Shown: positions 38,650-46,164, numbered from the stretch's first letter. The stretch: 64,000 bases of DNA from Oscillospiraceae bacterium (GCA_015066205.1 SVOV01000004.1:30852-94851), one strand, 5' to 3'. Translations and numbers: made by a program. The notes: a model not told the origin generated them from the letters alone.

Positions 38650-39302
38650 ATAATTTTCTTCTGAAGAGAAAGAGGGAAAAGCTGTCCCTCAAAATCATTC
38701 AGACTGTCACATACAGATTTTTCTGCTGTAGTAAATATAACAGGAATTCCTGAAAGAAAGCTGAGTTTATTACATTCCTCCGAGGAAGAAAGAACAGCAC
38801 CGGCATCCGTCAGCTCCCCTATATTGGAATTGTTTATAATTGCAGTAAATTTTACCTTTGAGGCATCTTCAATTTCCTTCATTACCTCAAATGCACTTTC
38901 GGCATCACGGGTAAGAGGACGGTATTTATTGAAAACGAAAAACATATCGTAATCGTTTTCTTCCTTGATCTTATCCGCATATCTTCCGAGCGCATACGCT
39001 CCCCTGTCATCTCCTCCGAGATCCACAATATAGTGGCTTGACTTATCGTCAACAATGGAATACATATCCTGCGGGATCGCGGGAATATCCACATTGGAAT
39101 TTGCATATTCGGAAGAAATAAGCTTAATTCCCGCATCGTTCAGTTCATCAAGAGAATCCTTTGTTCTGAAATAGGGGTTTACTATATCAAGGTCCGCAAT
39201 AACGGTCTCAATTCCCTGTTTTTTCAGCATCAGGGCTAAATTTACCGCAATATTTGTTTTTCCCGAGCCGTAGTGGCCGGCTATTATTGTTATTCTTTTC
39301 AT
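38646..39302 (-). CDS. P-loop NTPase (MinD/ParA/CobQ-like fold) of unknown role
   Basis: Walker A GHYGSGKT at the N-terminus. Walker B-like IVDLGGDD. Embedded between the acyl-CoA synthetase and the oxidoreductase genes. Confidence 0.7.
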
Positions 39303-39306
39303 AATA

Positions 39307-41580
39307 TTAAAGCTTGTTTCTCTGAATCTTTCCGCTTATGGTCTTGGGAAGAGATTCTCTGAAAACAACTATTCTCGGATACTTATAAGGAGCTGTATGC
39401 TTCTTGACATAGTTCTGGATCTCCTTTTTGAGCTCTTCGGTGGGCTCGGTGCCTTTTGTAAGAACAATACTTGCCTTTACTATCTGACCTCTGAGTTCAT
39501 CAGGCTCAGCGGAAACACCGCATTCAAGGACATAGGGAAGCTCCATAATAACATTTTCGATTTCAAAGGGCCCGATACGGTAGCCTGAGGACTTGATAAC
39601 ATCATCAACTCTGCCGACATACCAGAAATGGCCGTCCTCGTCCTTCCATGCAAGGTCGCCTGTGTGATAATAACCGTCATGCCATACCTCTGCTGTCTTT
39701 TCAGGCTGATTGTAGTAGCCGAGGAAAAGTCCGCAAGGAACCTTTTCACTTGTCTTTACAACGATCTCGCCGTTTTCACCGAGCTGTGCGGGTGTGCCGT
39801 CGGGCTTTATGATATCAATATCATACATGGGATTTGCCTTACCCATTGAGCCGGGCTTCGGAGTCGTACCGAAGAGGTTTGCAATGGTAAGCGTGGTTTC
39901 TGTCTGGCCGAAGCCCTCCATAAGCTGAAGACCTGTTGCGGCTTCAAACTGCTTGAACACCTCGGGATTAAGGGCTTCGCCCGCAATGGTTGCGTGCTTT
40001 ATTGAAGACAGGTCATATTTTGAAAGATCCTGCTTTATTAACATTCTGTACATTGTGGGAGGTGCGCAGAAGGTCGTTATTCCGTATTTCGCGAACATAG
40101 GAAGTATAACGGCGGCATCAAAGCGGTCAAAGTCATATACAAATACAGAGCCTTCGCAAAGCCACTGACCGTAAAGCTTTCCCCATAATGCCTTACCCCA
40201 GCCTGTGTCGGAAATTGTAAAATGAAGTCCGTCCTTACTTACCGTATGCCAGTATTTTGCGGTAACAAAATGGGCGAGAGGATAAGAGAAGCTGTGAGTT
40301 GCGATTTTGGGATAGCCTGTAGTTCCCGATGTAAAGAACATAAGCATAGGGTCATTGCCCGAGGCTGTATCCTCTTCTCTTCTGAATCTTCTTGAGAAAA
40401 GCTTGTATTCGTCATCAAAGCTGTGCCAGCCCTCTCTTTTTTCACCTACAACAACCTTTGTTGTAAGAGTGGGACACTTATCTGCACATTCATCAACATG
40501 AGCGGGAGTATTATCATCCGATGTACAGATTATAGCACTGACACCGGCTGAATTAAACCGATACTCGAAATCGTGAGCCTGAAGCTGATGGGTAGCAGGA
40601 ATAACGATAGCACCAAGACGGTGAAGAGCAAGAATTGAGAACCAGAACTGATAATGACGCTTGAGAACAAGCATTACCCTGTCACCCTTTTTGATTCCGA
40701 GAGAACGGAAATAGTTTGCGGTCTGACAGGAATATTCCTTTATATCCTGATAAGTGAAAACGCGCTCTGTCATATCTCTTGCAATATGTACCATAGCTGT
40801 CTTATCGGGAGATTTCTTTGCTATTTTATCAACAACATCGAAAGCAAAGTTGAATTCATCGGTATTTTCAAAGGAAATATCAAGGAGCTTCCCTTCCTCA
40901 TCCTCAACGGGCTTTACGAATTTGTGACATACAAGAGATTCCGAAAGCTTTTCACCCGGAAGAACTCTGTGCTTTACAATATCCTCGGGAGCCTCATCTG
41001 AAGCGAGAATAAATGCAAGGAAAACACAGTCTCTTCCGTCAACGGCTATCATACCGTGGGGAGTTGAGCTCTTATAATAAATACTGTCACCCTCGTGAAG
41101 GATCTCGGTATGTTCACCGACTCTTACCATAAGAGTACCGCTTATGACCATATCAAATTCCTGACCTGCGTGGGTCGTTGTATGAATCGGTTTATTTTCA
41201 AGTTCAGCAGAATACTCGTAGCGTACCCAGTAGGGATCACCGAGCTTATCCTTAAAAAGAGGAGCAAGGTTCTGAATTTCTATTCCGTTTTCCTTTGCCG
41301 TTGTCTGGCCTTCGCCCTTTCTTGTAACGGTGTAGGATGTAAGCTTTGCACTGTGTCCCTCAAGAAGATCTGTAATTCCGATATCAAAGGCGAGAGCACA
41401 CTTATGAATAAACGAGAAAGGAAGATCCTCTTTTCCCGCCTCATATGAAGCATATTTTTCGGCTGAAACCTCAGTTTTTTCTGCCATTTCTTCTACAGAA
41501 AAATCGCAGATGGAACGCATTTCCTTAATTCGGCGAGCCACCTCATAAAGTTTATTGTCCGTATTCGTTGTCGTTGGCAT
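39307..41580 (-). CDS. Fusion protein: XRE-type HTH + cupin + AMP-forming short/medium-chain acyl-CoA synthetase
   Basis: HTH (VARRIKEMRSICDFSVEEMAEKTEVSAEKYASYEAG). Cupin (GQEFDMVISGTLMVRVGEHTEILHEGDSIYYKSSTPH). AMP-binding motifs FFTSGTTGYPK, TGWGK, GQTE, YHTGD and SGKIQR. Confidence 0.85.
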   Translation of the reverse strand: MPTTTNTDNKLYEVARRIKEMRSICDFSVEEMAEKTEVSAEKYASYEAGKEDLPFSFIHKCALAFDIGITDLLEGHSAKLTSYTVTRKGEGQTTAKENGIEIQNLAPLFKDKLGDPYWVRYEYSAELENKPIHTTTHAGQEFDMVISGTLMVRVGEHTEILHEGDSIYYKSSTPHGMIAVDGRDCVFLAFILASDEAPEDIVKHRVLPGEKLSESLVCHKFVKPVEDEEGKLLDISFENTDEFNFAFDVVDKIAKKSPDKTAMVHIARDMTERVFTYQDIKEYSCQTANYFRSLGIKKGDRVMLVLKRHYQFWFSILALHRLGAIVIPATHQLQAHDFEYRFNSAGVSAIICTSDDNTPAHVDECADKCPTLTTKVVVGEKREGWHSFDDEYKLFSRRFRREEDTASGNDPMLMFFTSGTTGYPKIATHSFSYPLAHFVTAKYWHTVSKDGLHFTISDTGWGKALWGKLYGQWLCEGSVFVYDFDRFDAAVILPMFAKYGITTFCAPPTMYRMLIKQDLSKYDLSSIKHATIAGEALNPEVFKQFEAATGLQLMEGFGQTETTLTIANLFGTTPKPGSMGKANPMYDIDIIKPDGTPAQLGENGEIVVKTSEKVPCGLFLGYYNQPEKTAEVWHDGYYHTGDLAWKDEDGHFWYVGRVDDVIKSSGYRIGPFEIENVIMELPYVLECGVSAEPDELRGQIVKASIVLTKGTEPTEELKKEIQNYVKKHTAPYKYPRIVVFRESLPKTISGKIQRNKL

Positions 41581-41868
41581 ACTGAAAAACCTCCTTTGAT
41601 AAAAAAATAATCCGTCCCAAAGAAAAGACTTTGAGACGGAAACTTAAACATTTTCCGCGGTACCACTCAAATTGCAAAGACTATAGTCTTTACCGCTTCA
41701 GAGTCCGACAACTCCTTTGCACTAACGGGGCAACTCCCGGGAAACACTACTGCAGTTTCGCATTTCCGGCTCAGAAGTGATAACCGTTTGAAAGCATCCT
41801 CTTACGGCTTGCACCAACCGCCGCTTCTCTGATTCAGACAGCTTTCAGGCCTCTTCGTCACAGCCATT
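41581..41868 (-). promoter_or_regulatory. T-box riboswitch leader, specifier read as AUC (Ile)
   Basis: Minus strand elements: K-turn base (GGCU GUGAC GAAG ... CUUC UGA GCC), AG bulge AGAGAA, distal loop UGGUGCAA, F-box CCGUUA, T-box AAUUUGAGUGGUACCGCGG (complement of 41655-41673). Terminator at 41601-41640 (12-bp stem plus T-run), then AAAGGAGG RBS. Codon AUC followed by A lies at complement of 41778-41781, immediately 5' of the 4-bp helix above the K-turn. Confidence 0.85.
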
Positions 41869-41874
41869 GAATGA

Positions 41875-41903
41875 ATAATAACATAAGTATATATATTTGT
41901 CAA
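41875..41903 (-). promoter_or_regulatory. Sigma-70 type promoter TTGACA-17-TATTAT for the Ile T-box operon
   Basis: -35 at complement of 41898-41903, -10 at complement of 41875-41880, exact 17-nt spacer. Confidence 0.7.
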
Positions 41904-41939
41904 TATCACAAATTTAATAAAATCAATTAATATTTTTAA

Positions 41940-44438
41940 TCAAGCGGTCACTATGGAATCCGCCTTCTGAAGACCGAGCTTTTCTATGGCATCCTCACGC
42001 ATTTTATACTTGAGTATCTTACCTGCGGCATTCATCGGGAAGGAGTCAGTAAAATCAATATATTTCGGAACCTTATGCTTTGCCATATGGTCTCTTACAT
42101 ACTGCTTCATTTCGTCCGCCGTCATACTTTCGCCGTCCTTAAGAATAATGCATGCCATAATTTCCTCGCCCATAGCTTCATCAGGAACACCGATGACCTG
42201 TACATCGCTGACCTTGGGATGGGTATAAATGAATTCTTCAATTTCCTTGGGATAAATATTTTCACCGCCGCGGATGATCATATCCTTGAGTCTTCCCGTA
42301 ATTCTGTAATTTCCCTCGGGAGTACGGCAGGCAAGGTCACCCGTATGAAGCCATCCGTCCTTGTCTATTGCTGAAGCGGTGGCTTTCGGCATTTTATAAT
42401 AGCCTTTCATTATATTGTATCCGCGGGCAACGAATTCACCTGTTACATTATCGGGACAGTCCTCGCCTGTTTCGGGATCTACAATTTTACATTCAATTTC
42501 GGGGAGTGCTCTTCCGACAGTTGCAACTCTCACCTCGAGGGGATCATCGGTGCTGCTCATAGTACATCCGGGAGAAGATTCGGTCTGACCGTAAACTATG
42601 GTGATCTCCTTCATATGCATTTTGTCAACAACATCCTGCATAACACTTATGGGACAGGGTGAGCCTGCCATAATACCCGTTCTCATATATGAGAAATCCG
42701 TTTTCGGGAAATCGTCGTGACCCAGAAGTGCAATAAACATCGTGGGAACGCCGTGGAAGGCGGTTATTTTTTCATTGTTGATACAAGAGAGTGCGGGCTT
42801 AGGCGAGAAATAAGGAAGAGGCATCAGGGAAGCACCGTGAGTCATGGAAGCTGTCATTGCGAGCACCATTCCGAAGCAATGGAACATAGGAACCTGAATC
42901 ATCATACGATCAGCAGTTGAAAGATCCATTCTGTCGCCGATGCATTTTCCGTTATTGACTACATTGTGGTGAGTAAGCATAACGCCCTTGGGGAAGCCCG
43001 TTGTACCCGAGGTATACTGCATATTGCAGACATCGTCCTTATCGACCTGTGCGGCATAACGGTACACCTCTTCAACAGGAACATTCTTGCCTTTTTCAAT
43101 AGCTTCATCCCATGTCATACAGCCGTTCATTGAAAATCCGCAGGTTATAACATTTCTTAAGAAAGGAAGCCTTTTTGCGTGAAGCGGCTCACCGACAGGG
43201 TTTTCTTCAAGCTCGGGACAAAGCTCCTTTACAATAGAAGCATAATCGGAATCGCGGTACTTATCTATCATAATAAGAGTATGTGTATCCGACTGTCTTA
43301 AAAGATATTCCGCCTCGTGAATTTTATAAGCGGTATTGACGGTTACAAGAACGGCGCCGATTTTTGTAACAGCCCAGAAAGCAATATACCACTGCGGGAT
43401 ATTGGTAGCCCACACGGCAACATGTGTTCCCGGACGAACACCCATAGCAATAAGGCTTTTTGCAAAGGTATCAACATCATCACGGAACTGTGAATATGTT
43501 CTTGTATAATCAAGAGTTGTATATTTGAAAGCTATCTGGTCGGGGAAGGCGGCACACTGTGCATCAAGAACCTGAGAAAATGTGCAGTCTATAAGCTGTT
43601 CCTTTTTCCAGATAAATCTGCCGTCGCCTGTTTTATTACGGTAATAATGATTTTTGTTCTTTTTTGGGTTGCCGTAAGCATTCATATGCGATTCAAAGAA
43701 GGTGAGAATGACCTCATCGTCTTCAATTTCGGGAAGCCACGCGGAATTCCATTCTATACATACATAGCCGTTATAATTTACGGAGCGAAGTGCATTTATC
43801 ATATCGGTAACGGGAAGACTTCCCTCTCCTATAAGAACGGGAGTGCCGTCATCTGCGGCATCGTTTATCTTTACGGATTTTACATATGCACCGAGATTCT
43901 TTATTGTGATTTCAGCTTCCTCCCTTGCCTTGAAATATGTTGCGTACATATTCCAGCAGGCAGCTATGCTGTCACTGGCAAATTTATCGAGAGTTGTGCA
44001 TAATACTCCTGAATCGCAATAAACCCCGTCGGTTTCTATTAGAATTATTACATTCCTTTCACAGGCTCTTTCAATAAGCTCTCCGATAAATTTTTCCGCA
44101 ATATCAATGCTTCCGGAAGCAAAGACCTTAACAAAGTCCACATTAAGATCTGATGCCGTATCAATAATATCATAAGCCTTTACGAGATTTTCATTATATT
44201 TTTCTTCATCTGAAATATCACAGGGAATGTCAAGCTGTGAAATTGCAATACCTGAATTAAGAAGCTTTCTTTTTGTTGAGGGAATACCCGCCTTGAGGAA
44301 GGAGGGCTTTTCACCGAGAAAGCATTCCTTATTCATATCATATATTTCAACAGCAGAGAATTTCTGTGCCTTGGCTAAAGACAGATAGCCCGCAAGGGGC
44401 ATATCCTCCATGTATCTTGTTGAAAATGCGAGTTTCAT
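41940..44438 (-). CDS. Fusion protein: xylose-isomerase-like TIM barrel (AP endonuclease 2 superfamily) + AMP-dependent acyl-CoA ligase (YngI/ACSF2-like)
   Basis: The N-terminal ~255 aa has the TIM-barrel pattern (AVEIYD, VKVFASG, ILIETDG, VCIEWNS). The C-terminal part has YTSGTTGFPKGV, GQTE, LHTGD, RGGENIYP and GKILK. Confidence 0.8.
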   Translation of the reverse strand: MKLAFSTRYMEDMPLAGYLSLAKAQKFSAVEIYDMNKECFLGEKPSFLKAGIPSTKRKLLNSGIAISQLDIPCDISDEEKYNENLVKAYDIIDTASDLNVDFVKVFASGSIDIAEKFIGELIERACERNVIILIETDGVYCDSGVLCTTLDKFASDSIAACWNMYATYFKAREEAEITIKNLGAYVKSVKINDAADDGTPVLIGEGSLPVTDMINALRSVNYNGYVCIEWNSAWLPEIEDDEVILTFFESHMNAYGNPKKNKNHYYRNKTGDGRFIWKKEQLIDCTFSQVLDAQCAAFPDQIAFKYTTLDYTRTYSQFRDDVDTFAKSLIAMGVRPGTHVAVWATNIPQWYIAFWAVTKIGAVLVTVNTAYKIHEAEYLLRQSDTHTLIMIDKYRDSDYASIVKELCPELEENPVGEPLHAKRLPFLRNVITCGFSMNGCMTWDEAIEKGKNVPVEEVYRYAAQVDKDDVCNMQYTSGTTGFPKGVMLTHHNVVNNGKCIGDRMDLSTADRMMIQVPMFHCFGMVLAMTASMTHGASLMPLPYFSPKPALSCINNEKITAFHGVPTMFIALLGHDDFPKTDFSYMRTGIMAGSPCPISVMQDVVDKMHMKEITIVYGQTESSPGCTMSSTDDPLEVRVATVGRALPEIECKIVDPETGEDCPDNVTGEFVARGYNIMKGYYKMPKATASAIDKDGWLHTGDLACRTPEGNYRITGRLKDMIIRGGENIYPKEIEEFIYTHPKVSDVQVIGVPDEAMGEEIMACIILKDGESMTADEMKQYVRDHMAKHKVPKYIDFTDSFPMNAAGKILKYKMREDAIEKLGLQKADSIVTA

Positions 44439-45841
44439 TATCTGTTCTCCTCAAAAGCGATTTTGTTAAGAGCATTAAGATAAGCCTTTATACTTGCACC
44501 TATAACATCGGTGGAAAGACCGCTGCCCGAATAAAGCTTTCCCGAATCGGAGCGAAGCTTTACAAGAGCCTGACCCATAGCCTCTCTGCCCTCGGTAACG
44601 GACTGGATCTGGAAATCATCAAGCTCAAAATGATGTCCGACAACCTGTTCTATAGCAAGAAATGCCGCATCAATGGGACCGTCGCCGACATAAACACCGG
44701 TAAGAGTCTTTTTGTCCTTTTCAATACAGAGATTAGCGGTTGCGGTAATGATATTACCTGCATTTATTACATAGCTTTTAAGTTTGTAGGTTGACGGAAC
44801 CTGCATTGCGGCAGAAGCGATAATTGCCTCAAGCTCCTTTGTTCCGATATATTCCTTGTTTTCGCAGAGCTTTACGAATTCCTCATATACCTTTGCGCTG
44901 TCCTCGTGGCTCAGCTCATAGCCTATTTTTTGAACTGCGGCGGCAACGGTTGAATAATCGTCATTCTTATGAAGCTCTATCTCCTCGTCACTTCTGACAA
45001 CACCGTCATAGGGAGATTCCTTTTCTGTGTCCTTTGAAACGATGGCAGAGAGCTTTTCACATACATTTTTGAGAGTAGCTGTTTTGATTCCCGTTGTAAC
45101 GCCCAGCTTTTCACCCTTTACAAACAGGAAAGCAGAAATATTTTCGATTTTAAGATAGCCTGAATCAAAAACAGTAGTCTTGATGCCTGTTGCTCCGTTT
45201 TTAACAGCTGCAGCGGCACAGGCTGTTGACATATTTATTTCATCTGAAATATCTACGATAACATCCTTTTTATCTATACCGTCACAGTTTTCATAAATAT
45301 CTTTAATAAAGGCTGAAAATTCCTCTGCATCGGCACATCCTGCGTCATCGGAAAGAGATATGATGTCAGCACCGGCTTTTATTGCGGTATTAATTGCTTT
45401 ATATAAGAATTCCTTTTCGGCTCTTGAAGCATCAAGAGCTGAAAACTCAACCTTTTCACAAAGAGTCTTGCACATTGTCACAAGCTCTTCTATTCTCTCA
45501 AGCATTTTTGCGGGCTTAAGAGAGCTTATATATTCCATTCCTGCAGGAGAAACGGGAACAGCTACACTGAGAATACCCTTTTTTGCATCCTTCATACAAG
45601 AAGCGGCGCACTGTACGGATTCTTTTGTAAGACCTACAGGAACGCTGACTGCACTCTTTTCAATCACACTTACTATGTTTTTTATAAGCAGAGTGTCTGT
45701 TTTTTCGTTTTTTATTGCGGGAAGCTCAATTATATCAACACCAAGCTTATCAAGCTGCTTAGCTGTTTCTGTTTTTTCTCTGAAGCTCAAAGGTGTTTTC
45801 AATACTGTAAGTGTCTTGTCTGTAATAAGAATCTTTTTCAT
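44438..45841 (-). CDS. 2-isopropylmalate/citramalate synthase-like protein with degenerate catalytic motifs and an intact LeuA-dimer (regulatory) domain
   Basis: HMGL-like fold, but DTTLRDGEQ is replaced by TDKTLTVLKT and HxH(N)D by VDISDEINMS. The C-terminal GDGPIDAAFLAIE...VTEGREAMGQALV...SGSGLSTDVIGASIKAYLNALNK is typical of the LeuA_dimer domain. TAATG overlap with the downstream gene. Confidence 0.75.
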   Translation of the reverse strand: MKKILITDKTLTVLKTPLSFREKTETAKQLDKLGVDIIELPAIKNEKTDTLLIKNIVSVIEKSAVSVPVGLTKESVQCAASCMKDAKKGILSVAVPVSPAGMEYISSLKPAKMLERIEELVTMCKTLCEKVEFSALDASRAEKEFLYKAINTAIKAGADIISLSDDAGCADAEEFSAFIKDIYENCDGIDKKDVIVDISDEINMSTACAAAAVKNGATGIKTTVFDSGYLKIENISAFLFVKGEKLGVTTGIKTATLKNVCEKLSAIVSKDTEKESPYDGVVRSDEEIELHKNDDYSTVAAAVQKIGYELSHEDSAKVYEEFVKLCENKEYIGTKELEAIIASAAMQVPSTYKLKSYVINAGNIITATANLCIEKDKKTLTGVYVGDGPIDAAFLAIEQVVGHHFELDDFQIQSVTEGREAMGQALVKLRSDSGKLYSGSGLSTDVIGASIKAYLNALNKIAFEENR

Positions 45842-46129
45842 TTCTACCTGCTCCTTAAAAAAATAAGTCCCTGAAACTAAATGTTTCAGGGACGATAAAT
45901 ATACCGCGGTACCACCCTAATTGCTGATTTTTCAGCCGCTTGTAAAGCTCTTTCAAGCCCTTGACCGTGATAACGGGGTCTGCCGCAATTCCCTATAAAC
46001 CCAACGGCGTTGAGGAACCGTGCTCCGATACGAGACAGACCGTAAACTCCGCTGCCGTCTTACACCATCCGACGGCTCTCTGTAAGCTACCATAAACGGT
46101 CTTAATATCATCACTGCATTTATAATGTT
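45842..46129 (-). promoter_or_regulatory. T-box riboswitch leader, specifier read as CUC (Leu)
   Basis: Minus strand elements: K-turn (UGC AGUGAU GAUA ... UAUC GGA GCA), AG bulge AGAGAG, distal loop AUGGUGUAA, F-box CCGUUA, canonical T-box AAUUAGGGUGGUACCGCGG (complement of 45901-45923). Terminator at 45857-45893 (11-bp stem plus T7), then AAGGAG RBS. CUC followed by G lies at complement of 46031-46034, in the same position relative to the K-turn as AUC-A in the other leader. Confidence 0.8.
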
Positions 46130-46135
46130 AAATGC

Positions 46136-46164
46136 AGTATACTAAAAATAAGCCTTTAAGTCAA
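46136..46164 (-). promoter_or_regulatory. Sigma-70 type promoter TTGACT-17-TATACT for the Leu T-box operon
   Basis: -35 at complement of 46159-46164, -10 at complement of 46136-46141, 17-nt spacer. The -10/+1 region overlaps a perfect 10-bp inverted repeat (46113-46122 / 46129-46138). Confidence 0.65.

Noticed and set aside
46021-46080. Alternative specifier codons GUU (Val) or UUU (Phe) in the upper internal loop of Stem I of the 45.9-kb T-box
   Set aside because: Their position relative to the K-turn does not match the geometry seen for AUC-A in the sister leader, whereas CUC-G does. This is kept as a caveat rather than fully excluded; a covariance-model alignment would decide it.
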